Positions 1 to 10,536 of a stretch of 64,000 nucleotides of DNA are shown here, in pieces. The stretch is from an uncultured Treponema sp. (GTDB taxonomy: Bacteria; Spirochaetota; Spirochaetia; Treponematales; Treponemataceae): NCBI GenBank assembly GCA_938039145.1, contig CALHVG010000036.1, positions 23,251-87,250 of the forward strand, written 5' to 3'. A program made the position numbers and the translations under genes. The stretch's first letter is position 1. Each line of letters begins with the position of its first letter. The notes beneath the pieces were generated by a model, which made no database searches, was not told the origin of the DNA, and saw only the letters and a program-made list of their open reading frames with translations.

Positions 1-2220
1 AGCATGGACACGAACTACAGGTCGTGCCAAGCTCTTATAGCCTGTTTCAATACAATTTTTGGCGGCTTTCCCTATCCGCCGAATGATGAGACGAATTTGC
101 TTGATGAGACGGATTTGCTTGAAAAAAGTCCTTCCGTTTTTTATACCGAGCGGAAAAACTCTTCGCCTTCTTCTAAAAACGGCGATGTTCCCGACTACGA
201 GGCTGTGTATCATGAAGTCTCTCTTTCAAAAAAGGCAGAAAAAGAAATCCGCGACGCAAAAACGCCCATGGATTTTTACGCCCCGCACCTTCATTTTGCG
301 CTTTTTGACGCAGACAAAAAATTGGACGATTCCGTTTTGCTTGTCGGGGAAGAGGCGGAAGCCGAATGGGTTTGCAGAAAGATTAACGAAATCGTTACGG
401 ATGGCGTTCTTGGGAAAAATTATTCTTACAGCGACATCGCCGTTCTTTTCAGAAACTACGCCACTCAAAATATTTTTGAAAGGGCGATGCTGAATCACGG
501 AATTCCGTACAACACCGAGATTGTAAAAGGCTTTTTTTCGGACGGGCCTGTGAACGATATTTTTGCCTATCTTCGTATCTGCGTTTACCCGAACGATACA
601 ATGAGTTATGCGCAGGTTCTTTGCTCTCCGTTTGTGAATCTTTCCTTTGACGAAGCCGCCGGCGTTCTCCTTTCCGAAGAAGAACCGTTTTCTCTTGAGG
701 ATTTTTCGATTCTTTCAGATGAGGCAAAAAAACGCTTTCTTCACGCAAAAGATTTTTTTCTGGACATTAAAGATTCGCTGAAGACACTTGAGATTTCCGA
801 AATCGTTACGAAGCTTTGGTACGAGGGCGGATACCGTTTTGAGGTCATGTGGAACGAAAGCCTTGAAATGTATGCAAAAATGTACGACATGATTTTTGAC
901 CTTGCAAAAAAGGCGGAGGAACGTAACGAAGGGCTTTCTGCATTTGTGGACGGCGTAAAATTTTATAAGAAGGACGATTCAAAACTCGAAGGAATGGATA
1001 TTCCGATGGAAAAAGTCAGCGGCGTGAACGTTCTTTCTATTCATAAAAGCAAGGGACTTGAATATCCGGTTGTTTTTGTTTGCAGCACACATAAATCTTC
1101 CGCCGATGAAAGAAACTCCGATTCCGTATATTTCGACAAAAATTTCGGAATTTCGATAAATTCGGAATCCGGCACGAAAAACAAATCTTCGGAAAATTAT
1201 TTTTTCGCAAAAATGAAATCTGAACAAAATCTAAAAGAAACGGCGGAACTTCGAAGACTTGTCTACGTTGCGATGACCAGGGCGAGCGACCATCTTTTTA
1301 TCACGAACGGGAAATATTCAATGTCTTCCGATGCGGAAAAAAAATACAGTCCGGCGGAAGAAAATGCGGCGGACAGCGTTTTTCACATTCTTGAGCCTTT
1401 TTTCAATTTTTACAACGATGATTTGTACGATGAAACAAAGCCGTTTGACGTGGAAAAAATTCCCGCTTTTCAAAGAATTTCCGACAAATCCGACGGAAAG
1501 CGAAAAAATCTGTTTTCCGAGAAAGAAAAACTTTTTTCCGTTCTTGCCGACGAAAAGCCATACGAAAAAGCGGCTTCCGTAAAAATGGAAAGGCCGGATT
1601 CAATTTATGAAAATCCAAGTAAAATCTTTCAGGAAGAAAATGTTTTTTCCGCCTCTGCCGATTCTTCCGCTCCGTATCAGGAAATAAACGCCATCGTCGA
1701 AAAATCGGATTCCGGCTTCGGCTACAATAATTTCGGGACAATCGCACATTCCTATATGGAAGCGTCGGTGAACGAAAAAAGTCCCGTCTATCCGAATCGG
1801 GAAATCATCGGACTCAAGGATTACGAGAAAGACAAAGCGGAAATCGAAAGAATCTGCCTTGAAATGAAAGAAAATTTTTCGAATTCGGAATTGGGAAAAA
1901 AAGCCATAGAGGCGAAACGGAACGGTTTTTGCAAAACCGAATACTCTTTTAAAAGCAGGAATGGCTCTAAAATCGTAAAAGGCGTAATCGACCTTTTGTT
2001 CAAGGACAAAGACGGCTCTTACGTAATCGTGGATTTCAAGACGAACCAGACTAAAAATCCCGAAATTTATTACGTCCAACTGTCATATTACAGAAAAGCT
2101 GTAGCATCCATGTTCGGCGTAAAAGATTTTACAAAAATAAAATGTTTCCTGTATTATCTTAGATTTTCTGAAGCGGTGGACATTTCCGAACACTGCGATA
2201 TTATGCCGGAGGTTTTGTAA
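1..2220 (+). CDS. UvrD/AddA-type ATP-dependent helicase with C-terminal PD-(D/E)XK nuclease; C-terminal ~738 aa, 5' end outside the window
   Basis: The frame is open to the window start. Helicase motifs V/VI are present (SIHKSKGLEYPVVFV; RLVYVAMTRASDHLFIT). A RecB-type nuclease signature follows (GVIDLLFKD..YVIVDFKTNQ..QLSYYRKA). Confidence 0.8.
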   Translation, partial: SMDTNYRSCQALIACFNTIFGGFPYPPNDETNLLDETDLLEKSPSVFYTERKNSSPSSKNGDVPDYEAVYHEVSLSKKAEKEIRDAKTPMDFYAPHLHFALFDADKKLDDSVLLVGEEAEAEWVCRKINEIVTDGVLGKNYSYSDIAVLFRNYATQNIFERAMLNHGIPYNTEIVKGFFSDGPVNDIFAYLRICVYPNDTMSYAQVLCSPFVNLSFDEAAGVLLSEEEPFSLEDFSILSDEAKKRFLHAKDFFLDIKDSLKTLEISEIVTKLWYEGGYRFEVMWNESLEMYAKMYDMIFDLAKKAEERNEGLSAFVDGVKFYKKDDSKLEGMDIPMEKVSGVNVLSIHKSKGLEYPVVFVCSTHKSSADERNSDSVYFDKNFGISINSESGTKNKSSENYFFAKMKSEQNLKETAELRRLVYVAMTRASDHLFITNGKYSMSSDAEKKYSPAEENAADSVFHILEPFFNFYNDDLYDETKPFDVEKIPAFQRISDKSDGKRKNLFSEKEKLFSVLADEKPYEKAASVKMERPDSIYENPSKIFQEENVFSASADSSAPYQEINAIVEKSDSGFGYNNFGTIAHSYMEASVNEKSPVYPNREIIGLKDYEKDKAEIERICLEMKENFSNSELGKKAIEAKRNGFCKTEYSFKSRNGSKIVKGVIDLLFKDKDGSYVIVDFKTNQTKNPEIYYVQLSYYRKAVASMFGVKDFTKIKCFLYYLRFSEAVDISEHCDIMPEVL
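85..120. repeat. 18-bp tandem duplication (2 copies, 1 mismatch) inside the helicase CDS
   Basis: gatgagacgaatttgctt / gatgagacggatttgctt, encoding DETNLL-DETDLL. Confidence 0.9.
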
Positions 2221-2221
2221 A

Positions 2222-3211
2222 ATGAAAAAAAGCACGGAACTGAAGATTAGGCGAAAACCCGATTTCGGAAAAGAAAAGATTTCCATTCTGCATGAAGATT
2301 CTGCCATCGCCGTGATTTTTAAGCCCGAAGGAATGCTTTCAGTTCCGTATCCCGGAAGCCGTTCACGGACTGCCGTAGATGCGCTGGAAGACCTTTTAAG
2401 GAAGAACGGAACGTATTCCAAAAATCACAGACCGTTCGTTGTCCATCGGCTTGACCGGGACACTTCGGGAGTAATGATGTTTGCGATGACCGAGCAGGTT
2501 CAGAAAAGAATCATGGATAATTGGCAACAAATTGTTACTTCAAGGCTGTACCATGCCGTCGCAGAAAATCCTTTGGATTCTTCGATGGTTCTTCCGGATT
2601 TTGGGACTATAGACGACAGTCTTGCGTACAACAGCCACAATATCGGATTCGTTCCAAAAATCGATGACAGCCCAAAAATCAGTGCGAACACAAGAAAACG
2701 AATTTCAACAAGCGGAAACGGTACGGAAAAATCCGTGTACGAAAGAAATCTTTCAGTAGAAAACGGAAAACCCAAGTTCAAGACAATAAGCGCCCGCACG
2801 AACTACAAAATTCTTTTAAGAGGAAAAAGTTTTACTCTTTTTGAGCTTTCGCTCGACACGGGGAGGAAAAACCAGATACGCGCCCATCTTTCGTCAAAAG
2901 GCTATCCGCTTGCCGGAGACGAAAATTACCGCGCGAAAACAGATCCGTTCGGAAGGCTTTTGCTCCATGCTCGGACGCTTGAATTTTCCCATCCTGTTTC
3001 CGGAAAGCAGATGAAATTCGAGATTCCGGAAAGCGAAGACTGGCTGTCGCTTGCTAAAAACGGAAGAAAAGATTCGTTTCCAGCTCCGTGGCTAATCCGC
3101 GAGGCGTCGAGTATAAAAAAAGAGCGTGATTCTCATAAAAACGCCTGCAATTTTGAACGGAAAACAAAAAATCTTGATTTTATAGCAAAAGGAATGTTAA
3201 GAAAAAAGTGA
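2222..3211 (+). CDS. RluA-family pseudouridine synthase
   Basis: Catalytic motif HRLDRDTSGVMMFA and GRKNQIRAHL. The ATG lies 1 nt after the upstream stop. There is a ~50-aa insertion in the catalytic domain and no S4 domain. Confidence 0.85.
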   Translation: MKKSTELKIRRKPDFGKEKISILHEDSAIAVIFKPEGMLSVPYPGSRSRTAVDALEDLLRKNGTYSKNHRPFVVHRLDRDTSGVMMFAMTEQVQKRIMDNWQQIVTSRLYHAVAENPLDSSMVLPDFGTIDDSLAYNSHNIGFVPKIDDSPKISANTRKRISTSGNGTEKSVYERNLSVENGKPKFKTISARTNYKILLRGKSFTLFELSLDTGRKNQIRAHLSSKGYPLAGDENYRAKTDPFGRLLLHARTLEFSHPVSGKQMKFEIPESEDWLSLAKNGRKDSFPAPWLIREASSIKKERDSHKNACNFERKTKNLDFIAKGMLRKK

Positions 3212-3297
3212 CGCAGATTTTGGGCTATCCTGCAATGAAAAACAAAACTTGCAGCTCTCGCTTTTCTACAGTCCGAAAATTGAGTATAGTCTAAGCC

Positions 3298-4854
3298 ATG
3301 AAGACAAAAATTGTTATTTTTGCGTTTGCGTTTATGCTTCTTGTTCTTGCACTGGTTTCCGTGATAAAAGGCTTTTCAAAAAACGACAAAGATAAAAGCG
3401 CAAGACCGATTGTCGTAACTCCACTTGCGCCAAGCGATTCCGAGGCGGCTTCCGGCGGACGCGACGGACTTTCGGAAGACGGCGTGCAGACTTCGCTGGT
3501 TCCGCTGCTTCACACGGAAACACTTATATCGACTCTTACAATCGATTTTGACGGAGACGCTTTTGACGATCAGATTATAGCGGTGCGAAAAGCTGGTTCT
3601 CCGTATATTTCGCTGATTGTGGGGCTTTACAATCCTGATGCAAACGCATATGAACGGGCGGCGGAAATCCCAACGGAAATTTCTCGAATCCGGACCTTTT
3701 CCTACACCGGACTTGATATGATTGGCGACCACAGGATTGCGCTTGTTTATCAGGGAATAAAAAGCGACGGCGATTCCGTGATGAATCTGTACCTTTGCAA
3801 GAAAAAGCGTGGGGCTGTCAATATCGTGAACATAGGAAGTTTTTCTTCGGACGGAACGATTTTCATACAGCAGACTGAGCGTTCTGAGGCGTATGAACTT
3901 TCCCAGTCCGCAGGAAAAAACTATACCGTGTGGGTGTACAGCTCCGACAAGTCCGACGAAAATTCTTCGTCCGCAGGAATAACGCAGGTGCAAACCGAAT
4001 ACAGCTGGAATCCCGAAAAGGAAGAATACGTTCAGTCGAACAGGCTAAAAATCACCGGAAACAGCCTTGCCGCAAAGGAACTTGCAAGAATCCAGAACGG
4101 AAATGTCGAGACATTCACTCATTTTCTGAACGGACTTTGGTATAAGACTTCGAATGAATCGGCAAAACCGAATTACATATATTTTGACTACGACAACAAA
4201 GAAGTCATTCTCCTTTCCGATGACACCGAAGGCGTCTATTCTTGGGAAGATTCGTCTCTCAGACGAAGCGGAATTTATCTTTCTACGGTGAATTCTGTAA
4301 TTTCCAGCATGAAACGCAGGTTCGACATAATGCTTACGGGCGTGAACGAAGTAAACATTCACGTCCGGGACGACGTTGGAAGCATGGTCATAAAGGAGTC
4401 GAACCAGTGGGATGGCTCGTACAGAAAAATGGCGTTCCAAAACGTGTTTGGCGGCGATAAGGATTCGGACATTTCCGCCGAATACGAAAAAATCCTTGTC
4501 TCTCAAAAAACTTGGCTTGACGACGACAGAAACACATACATTTTCGAGAACAACGGTTACAAACTTTTGACACATGACGGCGAAGAGTCAGGAATTTACG
4601 TAATGGATTCGGTCGGCGTTTATCCGATTGTTCAGTTCAGGACATCGAAAAGCGTTCCTTATATACAGAATGCATACGTGATGCGCTTCAAAACCGAGGA
4701 AATCACCGTTCCCGCAAAAAAGCCCACCGTCGAAATCAAGGTCATCAAGGACGAAATCACGCTTTCTCCCGTAAGGCTTGCCCCCGACACAGTGTTCGCC
4801 TCTGAAGGAAAAACGATTACTCTAAGAAAACCGGAATCGGATTTGCAAAACTGA
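3298..4854 (+). CDS. Hypothetical membrane-anchored or secreted protein
   Basis: 518-aa ORF with an N-terminal hydrophobic segment (IVIFAFAFMLLVLALVSVI). No family recognised. Confidence 0.6.
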   Translation: MKTKIVIFAFAFMLLVLALVSVIKGFSKNDKDKSARPIVVTPLAPSDSEAASGGRDGLSEDGVQTSLVPLLHTETLISTLTIDFDGDAFDDQIIAVRKAGSPYISLIVGLYNPDANAYERAAEIPTEISRIRTFSYTGLDMIGDHRIALVYQGIKSDGDSVMNLYLCKKKRGAVNIVNIGSFSSDGTIFIQQTERSEAYELSQSAGKNYTVWVYSSDKSDENSSSAGITQVQTEYSWNPEKEEYVQSNRLKITGNSLAAKELARIQNGNVETFTHFLNGLWYKTSNESAKPNYIYFDYDNKEVILLSDDTEGVYSWEDSSLRRSGIYLSTVNSVISSMKRRFDIMLTGVNEVNIHVRDDVGSMVIKESNQWDGSYRKMAFQNVFGGDKDSDISAEYEKILVSQKTWLDDDRNTYIFENNGYKLLTHDGEESGIYVMDSVGVYPIVQFRTSKSVPYIQNAYVMRFKTEEITVPAKKPTVEIKVIKDEITLSPVRLAPDTVFASEGKTITLRKPESDLQN

Positions 4855-4930
4855 CTTTCGGAAAATATGAAAAATCTTGACAATCCGTTTAATTGAAAAA
4901 AAAACGGCGTTGTGCTAAAGTGTCTGCCAT

Positions 4931-6757
4931 ATGACTTCCAACGAATTGCGTTCAAAATACATTGAGTTTTTTAAAAGCAAGAATCACACCGAAATTTCCG
5001 GTCAGTCATTGATTCCTGAAAACGATCCGACGGTACTTTTTACAACTGCCGGAATGCATCCGCTTGTTCCATATCTTTTGGGTGAAAAGCATCCCGCCGG
5101 AACCCGCCTTACCGACTATCAAAAATGCATACGCACGGGCGACATCGATGAGGTTGGAGACCCAAGCCATCTTACATGCTTTGAAATGCTTGGAAACTGG
5201 TCTTTGGGCGACTACTTCAAAAAAGAAGCGATTGCATTCTCATACGAATTTCTTACAAGTCCAAAATGGCTTGCCCTTGACCCTCGGAAACTTTCCGTTA
5301 CCGTATTTGCCGGAGACGAAAACGCTCCCCGCGACGAGGAAGCCGCCTCTTATTGGAAGGATAACGGAATGAGCGAGGACAAAATCGCCTATCTTCCGGC
5401 AAGCGACAACTGGTGGGCGGCAGGTCCTACAGGTCCGTGCGGTCCTGACACGGAGATTTTCTACTGGGTCGGAGAAGGTCTTCCGCCGGTCGGCTCGAAC
5501 AAAAGTACGGATTCCTCAAACTGGATGGAAATATGGAACAACGTGTTCATGCAGTACAACCGCACGGACGAAAAAACTCTCGTTCCGCTTCCAAAGCAGA
5601 ATGTGGACACGGGAATGGGACTTGAAAGAACGAATTGCATTCTTCAAGGAAAAACCTCGGTTTATCTCACTGAAGTTTTCACTCCTATCATCGAAAAAAT
5701 CGAAGAACTTTCAGGCTACAAATATGGAACGGACGGCGAAAAAGACAAGAGCGTAAGAATAATCGCCGACCATGGAAGAGCTTCCGTGTTCATCTTGGGC
5801 GATCAAAAAGGAGTTTCTCCCGATAGGGTTGGCGCAGGATACGTGCTTCGCAGGCTTATCCGCAGGGCAGTTCGCCACGGAATGAAGTTGGGAATCGAAA
5901 AAGATTTTCTTTCCGAGGTTGCTTCGGTTGTCGTCGAGAATTTCAAGAATGCCTACCCGGAATTGGAAGAAAATTCGCAGAAAATATACAGGGAACTTAC
6001 GGCGGAGGAGGCGAAATTCCGCACGACTCTAAAAAAAGGCGAAGCGGAATTCCAAAAACTTCTTCCAAACCTTATGAAAAATCCCAAAAAGATAATATCA
6101 GGAAAAGTCGCCTACAATCTTTATGAAACTTACGGCTATCCGCTCGAACTCACGCAGGAATTGGGAAGAGAGAACGGTTTTACCGTCGATGTCGAAGGTT
6201 TCAAGGAAGCGGAGCGAAAACATCAGGAAGCTTCAAAGTCGCTGGATGCTGGAAAAGCAAAGGGCGGTCTTGCCGAGCAGTCGGACATTACAACAAAATA
6301 CCACACTGCAACGCATCTTCTTCAGCAGGCTTTGGTCGATGTTTTGGGCGAGCAGGTTTCGCAGAAAGGTTCTAACATAAACAATGAACGCATGAGGTTC
6401 GATTTTACGTTCGAACGCCCGATGACAAGCGATGAAATCCTTGAGGTTCAGAAAATCGTGAACGAAAAAATCAAGGAAGACTTGCCGGTCTCTATGGAAG
6501 TTATGAGTTTGGAACAGGCAAAGAATGAAGGCGCGCGGGCTTTGTTCGCAAGCAAATACGGCGAGCAGGTAAAAGTCTACACAATCGGGCGCAATCCGAA
6601 AACGGACTGGTTTTCAAAAGAAGTTTGCGGCGGACCTCATGTTCAGCACACTGCCCAGATCGGAGACTTCAAGATTGAAAAGGAACAATCTTCATCGGCA
6701 GGTGTTCGAAGAATCCGGGCTACAATCAGCGGCGGACTTCCGTTGGAACACGCCTGA
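4931..6757 (+). CDS. alaS: Alanine--tRNA ligase, short form (608 aa, no C-Ala domain)
   Basis: FTTAGMHP, QKCIRTGDIDEVGD, HLTCFEMLGNWS, WWAAGPTGPCGPDTEIFY. Editing-domain motifs HTATHLL and CGGPHV are present. Confidence 0.93.
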   Translation: MTSNELRSKYIEFFKSKNHTEISGQSLIPENDPTVLFTTAGMHPLVPYLLGEKHPAGTRLTDYQKCIRTGDIDEVGDPSHLTCFEMLGNWSLGDYFKKEAIAFSYEFLTSPKWLALDPRKLSVTVFAGDENAPRDEEAASYWKDNGMSEDKIAYLPASDNWWAAGPTGPCGPDTEIFYWVGEGLPPVGSNKSTDSSNWMEIWNNVFMQYNRTDEKTLVPLPKQNVDTGMGLERTNCILQGKTSVYLTEVFTPIIEKIEELSGYKYGTDGEKDKSVRIIADHGRASVFILGDQKGVSPDRVGAGYVLRRLIRRAVRHGMKLGIEKDFLSEVASVVVENFKNAYPELEENSQKIYRELTAEEAKFRTTLKKGEAEFQKLLPNLMKNPKKIISGKVAYNLYETYGYPLELTQELGRENGFTVDVEGFKEAERKHQEASKSLDAGKAKGGLAEQSDITTKYHTATHLLQQALVDVLGEQVSQKGSNINNERMRFDFTFERPMTSDEILEVQKIVNEKIKEDLPVSMEVMSLEQAKNEGARALFASKYGEQVKVYTIGRNPKTDWFSKEVCGGPHVQHTAQIGDFKIEKEQSSSAGVRRIRATISGGLPLEHA

Positions 6758-6890
6758 AACGGTTCTTCATGCCGCTTTGTTATAGAGGATTTGTATTAAA
6801 ATGCTGGTTTTCTTGTAACTTTTTTGCCACAAAAAAGTTTTAAGTCCAGTGCAATACTATCGATAAGTAAATATAAGGAAAGGATAGAAA

Positions 6891-7967
6891 ATGAAACGTT
6901 TAGCCCTTGCATTCACGATGATTTTTGCATCTTGTGTGTTGTTTGCCCAGTCGGATCTTCAGGTTCTTGCAGTCGTAAAATTGAACAAAAGCGACTCCAT
7001 CACGGTGAAGCAACTCAAGACCAGGGTGGAGGCTTACCACAAGCAGACAGGCTCTTCTCTTTCTACTGATGATAGAAGAAAGGTTCTTGATGCGATGATT
7101 CAGGAAAAATTGGTTCTTCAGGCTGCCGCCAAGGTGGGACTTACCGTTACCGACAGCGCAGTTGATGAATATTTCCTGCAAACTGTCTCGCAGTCGATAG
7201 GCAGAAAAGTTTCCGAACAGGAATTCGAGGCAATCGTAAAGCAGCAGACGAATATGACTTTGGACAGTTACATGAGGCAGCAGTCTGGAATGTCCGTTGC
7301 AGAATACAAGGCTTACCTGAAGTCGCAGATGATAGCGCAACAATACATACTTTCTCAACGGCAGAACGAATTAAAATCAGTTGCGGCAACCGACGAGGAT
7401 ATCCGGCATCATTACGAGATGAACAAAACTTCGTTTGTCTGGAACGATATGCTTAAACTTTTTATTGTTAGCGTTCCGTCAAACGGCAATGTTGAAGCCG
7501 CACGGGTAAAGGCGAACGACCTTTACACCAAATACAAGAACAAAAAAATAACAGCGAATCAGCTTTCCGTGGACTCGAAAAAAGAAAACTCCGGATTTTT
7601 TGCAAGCGAGGCTTTGGTCAACAAAAGCGAACTTAGCGCTCAACAGCTGGAACTTTCGTACAATGACCTGCTTGGAATATTCGGTCATGATAAGGGATGG
7701 ACTTCCGCTGTCGAGGAAAAGGAAGGCGGTTTCCTCTTCTATTCTATCGTGAATAAATACGGTGCAAAGATGCTTACTCTTTCGGATATAGTGGAGCCCG
7801 ACACGACAGTTACGGTTTACGATTACATAAAAGAACTTCTTTCCCGTCAGAAAAAAATGGAATACCTTTCCGGGGCGGCGCAGGAAATATCCGCCAGTCT
7901 TGATACGGAAGCAAACGTAGAAAGAAAAAAGAAGGGTGCCGATTTGGACAAACTTCTTTCGTGGTAA
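6891..7967 (+). CDS. SurA/PrsA-like periplasmic chaperone with a degenerate parvulin-like region
   Basis: Signal peptide MKRLALAFTMIFASCVLFAQS. The N-terminal part resembles SurA. No intact PPIase signature was seen. Confidence 0.5.
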   Translation: MKRLALAFTMIFASCVLFAQSDLQVLAVVKLNKSDSITVKQLKTRVEAYHKQTGSSLSTDDRRKVLDAMIQEKLVLQAAAKVGLTVTDSAVDEYFLQTVSQSIGRKVSEQEFEAIVKQQTNMTLDSYMRQQSGMSVAEYKAYLKSQMIAQQYILSQRQNELKSVAATDEDIRHHYEMNKTSFVWNDMLKLFIVSVPSNGNVEAARVKANDLYTKYKNKKITANQLSVDSKKENSGFFASEALVNKSELSAQQLELSYNDLLGIFGHDKGWTSAVEEKEGGFLFYSIVNKYGAKMLTLSDIVEPDTTVTVYDYIKELLSRQKKMEYLSGAAQEISASLDTEANVERKKKGADLDKLLSW

Positions 7968-7980
7968 GAAGGGGAACGTA

Positions 7981-8538
7981 ATGTCTCGTAGAATTGGAAG
8001 AATCCTTGCGTTCCAGGCGTTATATTCATGGAGCGTAGGGGAGATTTCCATCGACAATCTTTTGGATTTTTCGTGGGTTACAAGGGACAAGGACGAAGAC
8101 GATGTGCCGCCGGAAAAGTCTTCCGGCAAATTGTCGGAACAGGTAATCGGCGAGGGCGAAAAACCTGTTCCTGTAAACGGCGTTAAGTATTTTTTAACGG
8201 ACGGGCAGTTCAGACTTTTTGAACGCCTTGAACCTTCCAAAAAAGAGGAAGTTTTTGCGTTTTCTCGTTTGTTGGCAAAAGGAACTGTTGAGAACATCGA
8301 CGAAATCGATGGGTTGATAAAAAAACACCTTTCCGAAAACTGGAGCATAGACAGAATAAACAAAGTTGCTCTTTCTGTAATGCGCATAGCCGTTTACGAA
8401 CTTCTTTATCAGAAAAATATTCCTGCCACAATTGTAATAGACGAGGCTGTAGAAATTGTGAAAAGTTATGGCGAGGACGATGCGCATCGGTTCACGAATG
8501 CCGTTCTTGACAATATAAAAAAAGCGCTTACAGACTGA
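7981..8538 (+). CDS. nusB: Transcription antitermination factor NusB with an internal insertion
   Basis: RRIGRILAFQALY, DRINKVALSVMRIAVYELLY, IDEAVEIVKSYGEDDAHRFTNAVLD. The start is placed at ATG 7981, inside the longer 7936 ORF. Confidence 0.8.
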   Translation: MSRRIGRILAFQALYSWSVGEISIDNLLDFSWVTRDKDEDDVPPEKSSGKLSEQVIGEGEKPVPVNGVKYFLTDGQFRLFERLEPSKKEEVFAFSRLLAKGTVENIDEIDGLIKKHLSENWSIDRINKVALSVMRIAVYELLYQKNIPATIVIDEAVEIVKSYGEDDAHRFTNAVLDNIKKALTD

Positions 8539-8573
8539 TTTTAAGCATATCGGATTGTACTGGAACGGAGACG

Positions 8574-10436
8574 ATGAAGAGAACGAGCGTAAAAATTGCA
8601 TCGAAAATTTTTTGTTCATTGTTTTTTTTGGCGGCACTGACTTCGTGTTCCATGAAATCTGAAAAAAAATCCTTTAATTCCCGTCTTGACGAAATAGATG
8701 CGCTTATAAATCAGCGCCTGTACAAAGAGGCTGTTCAGGAACTTTCGGAAATCGAAAAAGAGGCGTACGGTTCTTGGGCGCAATTGGGTGTTTTTAGGCG
8801 ATACAAGCTCTGCGACGAAAACCAAAAAGCTGAAAGATTGATTTTGCGTTCTCTTAAAAAAAACAGCGGAAATCTTGAACTCCGTGCGGTTTATTCAAAT
8901 TTCCTTTTGAGACAGGACCGAATTGAAGAAGCCTTGCAAGTCGGAAAAAAACTTCAGGGAACAAAGTACGGCTCTGTCTATTCCGAGGCGGTTATCAGAA
9001 GTATAAACGAAAACCGTCTTCTTCAGGGAGAAAAAAACGCTTTTCTGTCGATGGAATATTTCCCGGTCTATTATGATGCGTATGTGGGTTCTGCGGACAA
9101 CGCATGGCTAAGAAACTGTGCGTTGATATATCTTTCGGAAGGTTCTTACGCAAAAGCCGCCGAAATCAAGCCCAAGGACACAAGCGATTCGAAGGACGCT
9201 TATTTTTGGGCTCTTACGATGTTCGATTCTAGGAATTTTGGCGAAAGCATAGATTTTTTGGAGATTTCAAGAAAACTCCTTTCCTCTGTTCCGAACAGGA
9301 AGGAACGCCGTTTGCTTGACGAGAACATCGCATTGCTTTTGGGAGATTCCTACACGTCGTTGAAGGACGAGGAAAGCGCAGAGAAAATCCGCACAGGCTT
9401 TATCGAAAATCTTGAAAAAGGAAGAGACGGCTGGATTATCCCCGAAAACGCTGCTTTTAATAGGGCAGCCGTTTTGTTTACGAACAGTGCGCGTTGGGCA
9501 CTGGACAACCTGCATGAAGATGAGGCGCAGAAGCTTCTTTTATTTGCTGTGGAAAAGTGGCCTGATTTTGTTCCGGCGCTTTCGTTGTATGCGGATTTTG
9601 CCTACCGCTCAAATCTCGAAAAGCCCAAGGATTTTGTGCAGCTTGAACTTTCGGACGCAGGGCTTGCAAGTTTAGAGATGGAACTTTACGACAACAGGGC
9701 AAAGATTCCTTTGAGCGATGCGGCGTACAGAATAAATCAAAGTCTTGAACGCACGCATGACCCTCTGCTTCAGATAATTGCATTGGATTTTAAATACAAG
9801 ACTGCTTCAAGCCTTAGCGAAAAGCAGAAGCAAGCCGACTTATGGAATATCCTTGAGAAAACCGCAGTGTCTCCTTATGTGTACCCTGAACTGATGTTGG
9901 ATTACGCTTTGAGTTTTCTGCTTTCCGACAGCGAAAAGGATTTGGCGTGGAATATTTATTCCGGCTATGTAAAGGCAAAATACGGCATAGAAAACGATGC
10001 TTTTTTCTTTGAAAACTTAATTTCAAATGCCCGCAGTCTCGATACGATTTCTCTTGAGTACGGCTCTTTTTTTGCCGCCTTGCAGGATAGAGGCGATGAC
10101 GCTGCGGCTCTGTACGGAATTCTTGTTTATGCGCAGGATGAAAATCAAAAAGAAATTAAACTTTCGCCTTTTGCTTCGGACATTTCATGCATGAATCTTG
10201 CTATGATTTTAAGTTCCATGGGCGAAAAAGATAAAGCCGTAGAACTGTACGGGAAAACATTCGGAAGATGCGTGAACCTTAAACGGAAATCCGTGATAAT
10301 GAGGCGCATTTCAGAAATTTATTTTATTCAAAAGGATTTTAAGAACGCTCGGCGTTCGGCGGAATATGCCCTTTCTTTGGATAAAACGAACGTGGAAGCA
10401 AGAATGCTTTTAAATCGCATAAAAGCCGTTAAATAA
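8574..10436 (+). CDS. TPR-like repeat lipoprotein
   Basis: Lipobox FFLAALTSC. The 620-aa protein is helical and repeat-rich. Confidence 0.6.
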   Translation: MKRTSVKIASKIFCSLFFLAALTSCSMKSEKKSFNSRLDEIDALINQRLYKEAVQELSEIEKEAYGSWAQLGVFRRYKLCDENQKAERLILRSLKKNSGNLELRAVYSNFLLRQDRIEEALQVGKKLQGTKYGSVYSEAVIRSINENRLLQGEKNAFLSMEYFPVYYDAYVGSADNAWLRNCALIYLSEGSYAKAAEIKPKDTSDSKDAYFWALTMFDSRNFGESIDFLEISRKLLSSVPNRKERRLLDENIALLLGDSYTSLKDEESAEKIRTGFIENLEKGRDGWIIPENAAFNRAAVLFTNSARWALDNLHEDEAQKLLLFAVEKWPDFVPALSLYADFAYRSNLEKPKDFVQLELSDAGLASLEMELYDNRAKIPLSDAAYRINQSLERTHDPLLQIIALDFKYKTASSLSEKQKQADLWNILEKTAVSPYVYPELMLDYALSFLLSDSEKDLAWNIYSGYVKAKYGIENDAFFFENLISNARSLDTISLEYGSFFAALQDRGDDAAALYGILVYAQDENQKEIKLSPFASDISCMNLAMILSSMGEKDKAVELYGKTFGRCVNLKRKSVIMRRISEIYFIQKDFKNARRSAEYALSLDKTNVEARMLLNRIKAVK

Positions 10437-10491
10437 AAAATGAAACTGTAAAAACTTTCAGTTTTTAGACAGTTTCAGTAAAGTTTGCCGA

Positions 10492-10524
10492 GCTGTCTAA
10501 AAAGTTTATTACTTTTTAGACAGC
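10492..10524. terminator. Hairpin between two convergent genes (TPR lipoprotein and groES)
   Basis: Perfect 13-bp stem gctgtctaaaaag / ctttttagacagc with a 7-nt loop. Confidence 0.55.
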
Positions 10525-10536
10525 CCATTTTTAAAC

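Noticed and set aside
85-120. 18-bp tandem duplication in the helicase gene as a possible variable repeat.
   Set aside because: There are only two copies, in frame, in a poorly conserved linker. Nothing suggests function beyond a slippage duplication.
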